Shown piece by piece: positions 22,482 to 35,945 of a stretch of 36,026 bases of DNA. Each line of letters begins with the position of its first letter. Position 1 is the stretch's first letter. Source of the DNA: Catajapyx aquilonaris (taxonomy: Eukaryota); NCBI GenBank assembly GCA_000934665.2, contig KZ539040.1, forward strand, positions 1-36,026, in the 5' to 3' direction. Made by a program: the position numbers and the translations under genes. Below the pieces are notes generated by a model. It had not been told where the DNA came from. It worked only from the letters and a program-made list of their open reading frames with translations, and made no database searches.

Positions 22482-24695
22482 GGGGGGGGAGGCGAAAAAT
22501 CAACGTGAAAAGGAAACGACTACATGGGACCAAAATTCTCGCTCCAGACTCTTTCCCGGACGGCCCACCATTTACTTTCTTGGTCGGCGAATTGTTGCAT
22601 TCAAAGGAGTGACGTGAGCAGAAACTCAATCCTTACATTGAGCGAACTGGAAAGCGATCTACAATAGTTCCATAAAAAATTGCTTGGTTCTGCTAAACCT
22701 TTCCGCCATGCACCACAGTATAATTTTAATATTCAACAGCTGAGCAGGCACAAAAAAAAGAGAACCCGCGGGGTGTAAAAAGTGCAAAAATGCATTTAAA
22801 CTTAATGGAAAAAAGCGGCACTCAATCTTTTTGACCTTGCACTTTTTTTTTTTCAAGCGGCAAAAATTACCTTCATAATAAATTCTGAGAGCAACAAAAT
22901 TTTGTGTGCATCGAGAATTGACTGCTTTAAAAAAACCCTCGGTCGAGCCGATAGGTCCTATCGATCCACAATTCTGTCTTATTGTAGAGTCAACACTGTA
23001 AAATCTGCAAGTTAATTTGGATACCTTGGTTAACTCTGTCGTGAGCCTTATTAAATTTGCATGAATTGACTTTGATCTGGTAGTGACATAGACTTTGGCC
23101 TACGACTTGCCGATAATTTGATTCTAACCGTTTGCATTTTGTCGGTTATTCTGGAGACCTAGCTATTAACGCAGTGCAACCTGCCCGTAACACGTGGCCC
23201 AACTTACAGGAATTTTTGCCCACACAAAAAGTCGCCATCTGACGCACACTCTACAAAAAGCCAAATTCCCAACCTCCACGTCTGAGGTCGGATGCAAAAG
23301 GTCAAAAGGTGCAGGCCTGTGCTAGTAAGGAAGTGAGGATATTCGCTGATAAACGTAACCGTAATGGATGCTGTAGGTCGAAGGTAGAAAAGGCAAAAAA
23401 AAAAGAGCAATGTGTCTGGTGTGACGGATGGTTGGTTGAACGGAGAAGACGGGGAGTGCAAAAGGAGAAAAGAGTGGGGAGTGGGTGGAAAGAATTGTAG
23501 ATCTGGGGAGGGACGGCACGAGACCAGAATTAGGAAGAGGCGGACATTAAGGCGTGAAATGGAAAAGGAAGAGCTGGCACGAGATAAGACGGATGGGAAG
23601 TGGTGGAGCGGAAAAAAGGCTCCGAGATGAGACCTGCTGGCTTGGGCCCACCCCAATTTCGGATTAGAGGTTACTTTCTAATTCACCTTTCTTCCCTTTC
23701 GATTCTGCTCTGGTTTTACAAATTTCTATGAAAAAAAACCCCCCAGAAAATCCTAGCGCCTTACATATACGACAGGTTGTTAAGTGAGTCCTTCATCTCT
23801 TAAAAATTAAACAAAAAATTGTTTGGGCTAAATTCAAGATGCATATGCAAATTCGCACTTTCAGGAATTTGATTATAATTTTCCATAGCTCCTCCTTTAT
23901 GCAGTCCAGTGTCGCAAGTCGGCCTTATAAAGCTGGTATTATAGTGTAGGTCCATGGCGTTGTTCTTGTCGGGAGGCGAAAGCCTAGGCCCTAGTCCAAT
24001 TTTGTATATGTTGCGGAGGCACGCATTCAATTCCGACCTCCTTGCATCTGGGGAAGGACTTTCAGACATGATGCCTGGCTTCCAAAGTGCTGAATGGCTC
24101 CCCAGGTTGTCGCTAAGCTTGCCCAAGAAACACGGCGACGCGACACTCGCTGCCAAAACTTTAGCCGCTGGGCGCCCTCTTCATTTTTGGAGGTCGCTAT
24201 GTTCTGCATTGCATTATTCTCTAACACAGTAGGTGTGCAGGAATGCAGGATTTACTCTGTTGAGATGCATGTTCATTTCAACAATGTTTTGTGCTGCTGC
24301 ATACAGTACTCCGAATTTTTAAAGGTTCCAATTGACGATGTTAACAATGTTATTTGTGTGATTCATTAAACAATCGGAGCATTGTCAGTGAAAATGCTTC
24401 TTACAAGTTAGGCATTTCCGGATGAATAAATGTTTACTTGACCCCCAGTGTTTGTATGCTACAGAAAGAATGGGTTTGTTATTCTTGTTCACACTATAAT
24501 TAAGGCGCTACGCTGATCTGGGAGAAAGAAAAATATGCTCATATTTTCCAATCTTGGATCCCGGCTTGGAGACAGAATATTCAGAAGATAAAAAGGAACA
24601 TTACCCCACCATATTCCCAACTCGGAAGATGGATTGAAGTGTTCCAAATTGTTTCAACAACACTATGTAATTAATATCAAGCGTATATAGCCGTT

Positions 24696-24860
24696 GGGTG
24701 GAACATTAGTGTAGCAGTTAAGATTCCATCTGCGAGGACCTGAGTTCGCTCTAGTCTCGTACGATTAATTTTCTCATGTGGGCTAGAGTTTCAATAGGTT
24801 CTCCCTGTGTTTGCCTGAGTTTCCTCTGGGTATTCCCGGTTTTCATCTACTCTCAAGACC
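24696..24860 (+). mobile_element. Degenerate tRNA-derived SINE with a V-SINE-like central domain
   Basis: Decayed A box (TAGTGTAGCAGTTA) and B box (GAGTTCGCTCT), followed by GTTCTCCCTGTGTTTGCCTGAGTTTCCTCTGGGTATTCCCGGTTT, resembling the V domain GTTCTCCCCGTGTCTGCGTGGGTTTCCTCCGGGTGCTCCGGTTTCC. Confidence 0.7.
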
Positions 24861-26789
24861 CAAGATACACAGTGAGGTAAACAGTCAGGTATACTCGTAT
24901 ACATCCAGTATTTAAAATAGGTTCTCCTAAGGGCCGGTTGCTCCAACTCGAATGCATTTAAATTAAGCATCTTGATAATCATGCATACAATGATACAAAA
25001 TTGTATGTAAAGTACGGTACTTTTGTATGGAATATGCGGGCATAATTCAACGAGTATTTTGTAAATATTTGAGACAAACTGGTATAAAATTTATTGTACA
25101 ATACATCTGTTCACACTATTATTTCTACAGTTTGTGACCACAATATGTTATACTGCAAGCGCAGATCGTTCTTCCAAACAGCCAATATTACATCACAAGC
25201 CCATTCTGTGCCACAAAACCGAACAGTTCCATGTAATTGAGACACGTTCTGTACTACCTCGGTGACCAATTCAATGGCCTACATTCTGCTTCCCGTCTGC
25301 ACTTAACTTGTCCGAACATGTAACGAATTCCCGCTCCTAAAGAGATTAGCTCAATCCGCCAACCACTCGTGCTTTTTTCTCTCTCTCCTACTTTTATCTC
25401 TTTTCCTTCTGCCCTAAGGCAAAATCCACTTTCATTCCACTCGCACTAATGCTCGTTAACCTTATTGGGAGAAAGTGTCGAGTCCAAGAAGTTGCAGATT
25501 AGAGGGAGTTCATTCCGCAGAAGGAATATACCCTTAGTTTTTATTTTTTAAGTTTCAAAATTTAAACTAGATTAAATCATTTATTTGAAATCGTTACAAT
25601 TTTGACAGAAGGTAACGTCATGTCAACATTCATTATGGCATAAAATGTGCTCGTCAATTTGCTACATAATGCCCCATTTTAACTTCCACCGAGCCGTCAT
25701 ATACACTGGGTGTTAACACACCATGAAATAATTATTACTTTTATGAATTGTTCAGAGGCGCTTTCGTAGTATTTAACACCTGCACATATACGTAACTAAC
25801 GGCCAGCTGAGAGTAGGCAGACAGACTATAATGAAACAAAAAATATAAGTGCAACAATATTGTGAATAATGGGGAAAATGCAGTATTTGTTTTTCTTTGA
25901 TGTAGCCTATCGAATTTTTAAACTGCCAATAGTAGGCCTACAAATACAGTACGTGGCTAATTGTTATACTGTGTACTGTACTCTACACCACCACCTGCCT
26001 ACTATTATACTATACCGTATTATCCGAAAAAATTAATAATGCGTAATCAACCCCGTATGTAACCTAACATGAAGCAATGTTTACTTTACAGTACATTCCC
26101 AACTTAACTCTCTGAAATATAATGCACGACTTTAATACGCAAGTTAGTAGTAATCCATTAGTTTCGCAGAACTCTATTGACTGACTATAGTCAAGTATTT
26201 GAAAATGCTCGACGAACGCCTGTGAAGTAGACCACTCGATGTGCAGAAGAGGCTTATTGGTTATGGAGCTTCCAGGAGGAAAAATTAAAAAAAATTAAAC
26301 TGAAGCAGCCGGATCCAAAACCCCACATGTCCATAGCATTTATTGATGACATGTGGAGTTTTTTATCCGGATGCTTCAACTAGTATTGCCAAGCACTATA
26401 CGCTACAGTGCAACTCTACAGTCCAGCTTTTCCCTGCAAGGAAATACGTTCTACTTTTCTCTCAGACAAGAATTCCCTTTGAAACACGTCCACTCAAAAT
26501 GAAGAAAGAAGAAAAATCCCCCTAGACAACCGGCCTGTTTTCCAAGTCCCAGCAACGACCATTGTTTATTGCGAAACATTGACATGTCGGGCCATTATCA
26601 GTTGGTGGGACATTACTTATACAATTTGTTTCCTGTATCGGGAGCCCGTAGTCAATAAGGCCAACCGACGACTCTTCCTTCCACACTGCTTTCTTCTCAC
26701 TTGAGTGGTCTGGCACAATAAATCGAGGCATCGATCGGTAATTTTTCTCCGCACTAAAATAGCCTTCCCGTGCTTCTCTCCTCCTCTCC

Positions 26790-28275
26790 AATAGTCCGGA
26801 CTCGCTAAATCTCTCGACATCCCAGTGACTGTGGGCAGCAAGAAAATAAATTATGAGAAAAATCCTGATGATTGAATTCCGACAATGGGGAACAATAAAA
26901 ACTCACTGGATGGCGTCAAATCTCATCCGCAGGAGGAGTCGCAAAACTGCCTGAATGGAAAATGGTAGAAGCGAAAAAAAAAACTTCAGTCAATCAGGGC
27001 GTCAAGAGAGTCAACCCGAAAGTCATTTCAGAATTCCATACACTGGCCTGTAGGGATGGAGAGACGTTTCCAATTTACTTCGGCTTCATTCCATCACGCC
27101 ATTTTTAATGGGCAAGTCCGCTGCAGAAAACTTCAGTTGAACCTTGTCCCCCTCCGGTAACAACTTCAGAATCGAGCAGTTCGTTGACCACTACCAATTT
27201 TTTTGTGTGGTCCTGCTTCTGTCAGAGTAAACGACCAGATCTGACCAAATGATGACCCGTCCTACTCTGTCAGGACTAGAACGGAGGAACTTGGAAGGTG
27301 GGGAGACTATCTGGGAGGTAATTACTAAAGGCAAGGCTGGCTGAGGATGAATGGTTCAGTCGCCCAGGATTTGACAGACAGGAAATAGATGGCGTTGTAC
27401 ACAGAAGCGGGTGACAATAGGCTTCGAAGACAATGCATCCCGGACACAATACCTAGAAACTCGTGTGTTAGGAGACTATAACTTTCACTTTTTACCAAGC
27501 AGTTTTGGGGAAAAATCAATTGCCGCGACTTCTGTACGTTAACCACACGGCTTTCCCTCCCTCCATTTGTACTAATGAAGGTCTCAGTTTTCCACTTAGA
27601 GAAATTAGTCCGGAGCAACAAATTGCCCTCTGTAATTCTACACTGACAGGACAAAAGGCCAGTATAGGGGTTAGGTGGGTGGAGCACAAGACCACTTCGA
27701 CTCATTTACAGTAGAAGTAGCTATAGTATTTCGTAACTATAGATTGAGGTGCTTGTATTGGGCAGTGTCTAAGCTGCTTGATTGTTAGGCTGGTCTAGCA
27801 CTATTCGGGAATACTCTACCGTACTGAGCGTGTGTCGAATCATTTGGTGGCCACATTTTACCCACAAACGATCCCTTTAATTCCGATAAAATCAACCTAA
27901 TCAATTGGGGGCCCAAAAGTGTTGAAGCAGACATTCGATCGACTGCAGCTCCTCGAGCTCGATTATCTGAGGTTCTGCTAATGATGTTCGGTCTCGAAAA
28001 GAAAATGGTTAAGGGTTGAAGGGGAAAAGGGTGGGGTGCGGTAGGTACTGGGGGAGTTTGGGGGGGGGGGGGGGGNGGGGGGTAATTTGCCACGTGCCAA
28101 GTGAAGCACGACATGTGCTGCGCCGTACGGGAGACAAAAGGGCCTCATTATCATCAATAAGCTCTTTTTGTGGAGGGTTTTCGTGTACACTTGAGTTACG
28201 GGATCGTTTTTCATTGTTTGCAGCCTACCTTTCTTCGGCTTTACGGAATTTCCCACCGACAAAACAGGCACGTGA
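26790..28275 (+). mobile_element. Highly decayed Ty3/Gypsy pol remnant C (RT, RNase H, integrase)
   Basis: Read across frameshifts: KLP/NGKW..VKRVNPKVISEFH at about 26945-27040 (RT); LGDYNF..GKINCRDF at about 27470-27535 (RNase H end); APYGRQKGLI..N and ALRNF/PTDKTG at about 28120-28270 (integrase core). Confidence 0.5.
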
Positions 28276-28702
28276 AACTAACGGCCAATTCAAGAACCTT
28301 TAGCTCTCAGGAGGACAAGGATCAGTCGGATCACGTTCGTGAGAATTTGTCATATTTCAGCTGCCTCTAGTAATTTACGTCCCACCCAATCAAAGATAAT
28401 GGGGGCGACAAAAAATTAATGAATCTCGGAAGATCGGCGGAGCAAGACACGTTGCAGAGGAGGTGCGGACTGGATCACCCCAGTTCTCGCTTACGAAATT
28501 CATTAAGCAAATTGAACGGGTGGAAAATTTCAAATTATCTCTTTCGTGTGGAAGTTATTGATCATCACACTATGTCAAATGTTATAATTTAACAATTTAC
28601 ATAAAACTTTATAGTAGATGCATGTTATGAGAGCAACTCATTAAGACTTCGGCCACTGTACTGCACTTCCTATAATACTGTAGAGCATTTAGTCATTGTT
28701 AC

Positions 28703-28928
28703 GGGGAGGTGTGGTGGCCGAGATGGTAACGTCTCGGCTTGCTGAGTGAAAGGCCCCAGGTTCGATCCCCGCCTGGGGAACTTTCCTTTCACCTGCGTCG
28801 GGAGGGTCTCTGACCTGCACCAAGGAGGTGTCCGGCAACCTAGCCTCCTGGGGGACTGCACATGACCCGTATAACAACATTGCACCTGCACCCGTGTCCC
28901 CTCCCCGTTAAATCCCTATCCCTACCCA
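28703..28928 (+). mobile_element. tRNA-derived SINE, relatively intact
   Basis: A box TGGCCGAGATGG (28715-28726) and B box GGTTCGATCCC (28759-28769), then a GC-rich non-tRNA body ending in CCCTATCCCTACCC, set in AT-rich flanks. Confidence 0.8.
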
Positions 28929-31900
28929 ATTTCCTTGATTCCTTGCACCGGAGTGAAGTTAAGAGAAAAAAACTGGAAAATAAAGGTTCATGCAACATAT
29001 ACCCCGTAAGGGGTGAAAGCATTACCCACAATTTAAAAAAAGAGTCATTGTTACTACACAACACAATACTTTTCAAATATCACGCAGCTTTAGATGTCGA
29101 CACTACTTCCATACGAGTCTAGAACGAATGATATTTTAAACCATCAGTATGTTTTCTATCATAATACAATAGTAATATTGTTGAGGATGTATTATAAAAT
29201 GACAACTGTTATTCTACAGGGAACACCTCTTGATAAAGGTCCCAAAATTTTCTTCATGAGATCATGACTTTACGAATAATCAGTGGATATTAATCTACTC
29301 TTAACAGAACATAATTATGAGAGTTTACATGAAGCACATCAATGCATCCGAGTACGCGAGGATTGGGAGTTCCATGTTGCTGAATCAAGATTTGAACCAG
29401 AATAATATTATTATCTAAATTCACTGCATCAATTCCAACCAAAGTTTTCTTGGTAGTGCCTCGATTGTCTGTAGCTATATTTGTTACCCTTCAGAAGGTC
29501 TATATGTGATATTCAGATAAAGAGTGGGTCTATTTATCTGGTTACATCAATAATAATGATTCAAAAACTACATGGGCTTGCACAAATGAGAAGCCTGTAC
29601 AAGGAATCAACTGAATTCCATGCCATGTTCCCATTGTTCAGGCAGCTATTTTCCCCATGCAAAGAATATATCAGGAATATAATTATCCTTCTTTGCCCCA
29701 GTCTTCCCAGTCTGGAGGGGAAAGTGGAGGTGCACCGTGGTGTTATTGGGGACAAATTAAATCGGTTGGTTTAGGTAGCCACGGTTACAATTATTTACGT
29801 GAGGTGAGTTCATGGAAGTCACCCATCCCACTGATTCTCTCTGACCTCTTGTTTGGGACGGGAGGTGGTGATATTTTAATATGCCCACCTCTTCCAGGTT
29901 GCCCAGGTGACCTTTACCTGGGCGTCGTTATACGACTGCTGGAGACTATGCCCACGCTCATGCTGCCTGAACCATTGGAAACAAATCTAAATGTGGTCCT
30001 ATTTTTATCCTTTGCAGGACTTCTGAAAGGTAAGCTATATGATACCTGGCTTATTATATATTACAGTATAATAATAAGCCAGGAAAAATTGAGGAACTTT
30101 TTGAAAACATCCGGCTGGACATTGAGGCCTTGACTCTATAGGTACGCTGCTGGTTCCAACATGTTTGTTTCTCATAAACGTGAGGTATAGGCCCTATATA
30201 TGTTAAAGTTGCCAGTGAATACTGTACAGGTACTGTATCAGCCATGCTGCTGAAACTTGTGCATGGTATGAGTCTATAATGTGCAAGGTGCGCGTCTAAC
30301 TGTGTAATACCGCTTTCAGGTAAGTTAGGCGAGATTATACATATATGCTATTAGCATTGACATACAGTAGCATATCATACATGAACATTCACAACACAAT
30401 TCATCTCTAACTAAATAATTAACACCTGTCAACAGTCCTTCACTGTAGTGCATGCAGCCCGTTGCGAGTTTTGCACAGATGTTTGAAAACTGAGGCGGGC
30501 ACTGAATGATTGCCCTATCACATGAAACAATGTGCATCGCCAATTAACATATAATCACATCGTTTTCCACCTCACCCTACATATAACTGGACAGTACCCA
30601 AACCCACTGTTTTTCAACGGCCCAAAGTTGTCATAACAAGAATTGCGCTTCATTTGATAGGAGCCCTCCCACCCACTGCACCCACCATGCCCCTGCAAAC
30701 CACACCCTACCCACGCGCTCCAGCCATGCATAATCATAATTCTCTAAACCGTTTCTATGTTGACACTCCTACGCTGCAAAACACTCCAAGTGAGATGTGC
30801 TCCACATTCCAGCCAAAAACAACACCAGCCGTCATATGCAAAAAAAAAAGAGAGTTTTAAAAAACCTCCCCTATCTTTATGTGGCAGGTAAAACATTTTC
30901 CACTCTTTTTCCAGGAATCGGTCATCAAAATGCAGGCCAGCAGGCTTGAGCCTGAACGACACCCTTCCTCTATGAGGTCCTAATAAGATTTTGGCCTGCA
31001 CTCCGACGCCTTTCGCCGTTACGCGGGGGCCTCACATGCATGGCGGAACTTGCCTCGTCATCAATTTTCCACTCGTTGATGGAATGATAGGAGATGGTTG
31101 GATGGGATCCAGGACCTCTCTGGAATTCCACCTAACTAATGCACTTTTTTTCTCTCTCTTCGTTCCGGGAACGGGGGGGCTGGAGTGTTATTGGGCGTCC
31201 TGGGGATTGCTACAGCAGCCTTTTCAAACGCACTCCCTAGCCTGTCTGCTTCCATTTGGCTTTCCCTAAAACAAAAAGATTCGATGTACTCTAATCTTTC
31301 TACTAGAACTACTATAACCAGGGGTCGATGTGCTTCAGTGCTCTATTTTAGAAACGGAATAATAGGCTGGGATAACTATTGATGATTTGATCAAACCTGC
31401 TGGCTAAACTTACCTGTTAGGGTTAAACGTAATATAGGCCTATCAGCATTCAGTTTTTGACAGTGCACAGAATTTTGAAATATGTCCGTATGTAGCATTA
31501 TGCTGAGTTTGTAGTTTATGAAACGTAAAATAATACTGCGGCTTCGTTATCAAAATAACCTCCTTAACGTTTATTTATAGAAAAATGGTGTGTTTGCAAG
31601 AATAAAAACACTGTAATCAAATCATTTATAAGCAGAATTTGCAATATGCACAGGTGAGCATATATACCTATGGACCTACTTAAACGTCAGTCAATTTAAT
31701 CATGTGAAACAGCAGATGGGAGCGAGAAGGTGCAGATTTCATGTTGCGTTTAAACACGGACATGTTTCTCACAAGTCAATATTGCTGCCGAGGGATCTGC
31801 TGGTTTAATTGCATCTATACGGTATATGACTGAAATGATCATAGAGAACATGAAATGAGATAGTTTATACCGACATATCAAGTAATTTAGTGCCAGTAAT

Positions 31901-33452
31901 AAATCCGGAGGCTTAAAGTCCTGTCCTGGACTCGTAATTTAACTCGGCGCCTAATTTCTCCCATCAGTGATAATTAGTACTGATATTACCATGTCCTAAA
32001 TGTAATGCTTACCAACTACACACAGGAAACAGCTGCTTCATTATGCGTGACTGAGTTTTCACGTGGGATAATGAGAAGCAAAGCATTTTCCAATAAAGGG
32101 CTAATACACATACGGCATTGTATGAAATTGAGTTTGCAGAAAATAAAAATGAGACTAGCGGGTGTGCCTTCTCCAAACTGTTTATACAGCCAGAATAGAT
32201 ATCATAATTTACAAGATACCAAAAGACCCACCCAGTCCCATTTGTCAATGATAGGGGGCACTGCGCTCATATATGCACGGGCTCGGACATCAGAGGTGAG
32301 CACCCCATTTCAGTATATCATTAAAGGCAGCATGGATGACCCATTTATCTTCACAAGGTTGCCACTTCCGTAATAAAAATTAAACACCAGGATGTTGCGG
32401 GGCCCTTGAATATTAAAATGCAAATGTTACATGTTTTGCTGCTAGTTTTCTGACATTGTTGCTGACACATTCTGGCTATACGGCTATCAAAAAAAGGAAT
32501 GTACGGGATGAGAAATTCTGTGTATACTGCTGAGCCCAACGTTATGCTGTGACTTTTCCCTTGAGAGAAAATCCTCTCGCATTAGTCTTACCTATTAATG
32601 AATTCATCCTGATAATAATACTGACGTCATAGAAAAGTATTGCGACGCCAGTATTATTCTAAGGCTGAAGACATTGATGCAACTGTTTCTGACTGTAACA
32701 TGAAACCTGCTAAAGTATAAGCGTAACTGCAAACTGCGTATAAAATCCGCCAACTAACTTTGGCTCTCAGTAAGTGCGCGTTGCTGGATTAGCTCAATGG
32801 GAAAAGACAGGAATGATGCGACAAGTTGCAAGATAAACCTCTTGCACTTACCCAAGACAACACTAATTACTTCAGCTTGAGTTTATCTTGTCGGCAGAGC
32901 AAATTGGCTCAACATCTCCCTAACTACAACATTGGAATCAAACTGACCCTTTCCCCCCCTCTAAAACGGCAACGCAGCTTCTGATCTATACACCACACGA
33001 CAACCCTGCGTGAAAGCAATATCAAGAAGGCCGCTTAACATTTAGGTCACCGTCGACCGTGTTCGCTACACTAGGTGACAACAAATTGACATTTGAACAC
33101 ATCTGCACTCTACCCTACCCTGAATAAGCGCCATGGCAGGCGAAGCATTTCCTGTCCCGCCGCACCATTAATTTGTGACGTCACTTGAAACGCACCAGCA
33201 CCTCCAACCTACTCTGTGACGGCATTGATCACAAGTCTCACCCAACACCCTGTGTGCCAGCTACCCTCAATCAGTGGGTCCGCCGCCGGTGCCCCAGCTC
33301 TGTTGCTTTATTACCACACTACATTTACTTTAATTGCGGCGCCGGGCTCCAGTTCAGAGCGATTTATGGCTAAAAATACGGCAACGGGGGAACATTTAAT
33401 AATCCCTCCAAAAACCTGCTGAGATATACTGGTTCAAACTCGGACCCTGTGC

Positions 33453-33472
33453 TTTTTTTTTTTTTTTTTTTT
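33453..33472 (+). repeat. Poly-T tract, about 20 nt
   Basis: Read directly. Confidence 0.85.
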
Positions 33473-35879
33473 GGTACCGCCTCCATTGATAACCCCTAAA
33501 AGTCAGGGACATGAGAAATTGGGTATGATGACAAGGGGCGTTTTAGTCTTGTTCAGATTTTGCTTTTGTTTTTTAGAGAACGTGAGCCCCGTGGCGCAGT
33601 TGGCATAGGTTACCGCTACAAATTGCCAATACGCCGCCACAAGCGCAACCCGTAATTAGCGCGATTTGTCAGCCTTCCTGATGGGAAATTGGATTCCCCA
33701 ACAGCAATGCTTTCTACATCATGGTAGCTGCTTCCATTCACGTATAATAGGTAAAGAAGTACAAGGATGTTTTTTTGCTTGTTTTTCAAAGGTAACATCA
33801 GTTGTTGGGCGTTTTGCCCTGTGTTTTCAGGCAAACAATTCGGCTGTAAAACAGTTCAGTAATTAGCAGTGCTTCGGAAAAACACGTAGAGGGGTGATAA
33901 ATAAATAAATACTGCCATGGAACCAGACGGTGTGCAAAAAGTCTTTTGTGTAACGCGTATTAAAAATGGAATTTTTGTTGACAATTTGAATGTCAAAGAT
34001 AGCAATAAAGTGCGACGGTGACAGACAATCCTGGCTCTTTGATCACTTTTTCATGGCACTCGTTTAATTATTGCAGTCTATGGCAGAGTCGTACATATCA
34101 TTTTCCCTTTGAGAATATTATACTCCACGTTCCTGTCGCTTTATGCCGACCAGTCAAATACAAAGCAGAGTAACTTTGAGACGTTAAGCTTGAAGGTAAC
34201 GGCGTACAGTACCGCCATTTTTAGTACAGCTAATAAACGGGTCTGGGTATGGAGCATATAGCTGCCGACGGAACCGCTTTTCATGGACATGCTGCCCAGA
34301 GATGAGCCCTTTCAGCCTTATTGACACTGTCCAGAGAGTATATAGGTCGACAATTCACATTAGACTTTTCTACCCCCTTTGCTTTCTCCATCATTCTGCA
34401 GCGAAGTTCCCTGAGCATAGTACAAAATTAATTAATGGTGGCGCAGGATATGAAATGTCTGTACAAAACAAGCAGTTTTGTTTGAAGAGCCGACCACCCC
34501 CAATCCCCTCCCATGTCCTATGGGCTGTGTAGCCGAGTACAGTAGAGTGGAAACAAAAGGGACCAATCTGCCGGGTTGGTTGGCTGTTCAAAAGGGACCG
34601 GACCTTCCACACAGGCATATCTGTGACCCTCTGTGTGACCTTACCCGCCAACACAGTGAAGGCATGCTATAAGCTGCTCGGCTCTTCCCCCCAGAGTGAT
34701 TGTCGAGGCTTGCAAAATCTTGTCCGAGTCTCCAGTCCCAAAGTCATTAACTCCAGGAATTGTCCTCGTAATCTCCAAACCTTGTACTACTAATTAGCAA
34801 AATTATTTTAGTAAATTAATAGCTAGTTCATTACTGGCTAAGGCGGCCTTGCTGCTTGGTCGGCGGTAAGGAGGAAAGCGGTGCACATGTTGGTGAACTG
34901 GCTATCTATGGAATACCGCAAAAGCATTAATTTGGTGTTCATAACCGCGGATTTTCGGAACCGCCGCAGAAGAATGGAAGTGGAGTACAGAATAATACGA
35001 TTCTGCATACATGTACCGTTCCCAACAGTCACTTTAGTCGATGCAGTAAATCGCTTCTATTTAGACTCAATATATATTTTCCGGCGACATCAGCTTCACA
35101 ATCCAAACTGAATGTGTACTCAGCAAGTTCATCCTGCTCAGGGCTGCAACTGGCATGTATACTTTATCGGAAATACCGAGTGGGAATAAAATCGATTTCG
35201 AATTGAATCGACAAATAGTCGCTGCCTTACAAAGCAATTGCCGCTTATTTCATGGGCTACGGGGTGCATCCAGGTCGTCCCAATGGTACTCTATAGGGAC
35301 GCGTTTGGAAGCACACGGTCCCACAAGTTTCCGATGTAGATCGGGTGTTGCTAGGCAGGACCCAGTCGCGGACACTTCGTGAGCTTACATTCATGCTAAA
35401 GGCCACGTTGTATTGAATTTTGAATATTGAAAAATAATCTAGAAAGATTTATCGCCATGGCTCCTCCATGGTACAGAACGCAAGTTATTTTGCACGTCTT
35501 CAGTTTTTCATGTGACATGTAGAGAGTGTGTTTCAGGCTTTTCAGCTGAATTATTGTCCGTAGTATAGTTTGAGATATTTGGGTACTATGAGGCTCATTG
35601 TTAAGCAGAGCAGTTACTCTTTAGGTTTAGGGTTAATATCATCTGCTTTTAGGTAGATTGAGGCATTCCTTTTAACCGAGCGCTGCAGGAGGGCCTAGCC
35701 TGCAAAAATTAATAAATTTAAAAAAAGCACAACTTCTGATATCGAATACCTGTGGTTTCATATGTGTCACTACTAATAGCTTAATCTCGAAAATAATTCA
35801 AATACAGTTACACTGATATGAAGAGATGCATTAGTACAGTACAACCCAAAGTATATAGAAGCCTACAGGTAGCGCCATA

Positions 35880-35945
35880 ACGGATCGGGCCAATTATAGC
35901 GCAGCGGTAGTGACGTCACCGGGATGACTAAATTTCCCGCCAATT
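35880..35945. promoter_or_regulatory. Putative promoter motif cluster (CCAAT, CRE, E2F, CCAAT)
   Basis: CCAAT 35890-35894, TGACGTCA 35911-35918, TTTCCCGC 35933-35940 and CCAAT 35940-35944, in a locally CpG-rich stretch. Confidence 0.45.

Noticed and set aside
23204..23656. Overlapping ORFs in a purine-rich tract
   Set aside because: Low-complexity strand bias explains the lack of stop codons.
21950..24232. Minus-strand ORFs at 22000-22200 and 23800-24156 as upstream kelch-gene exons
   Set aside because: No GG-containing kelch motif, signal peptide or suitable phase-1 donor was found.
33584..33665. tRNA-like start GTGGCGCAGTTGG
   Set aside because: A box only, with no downstream B box or cloverleaf.
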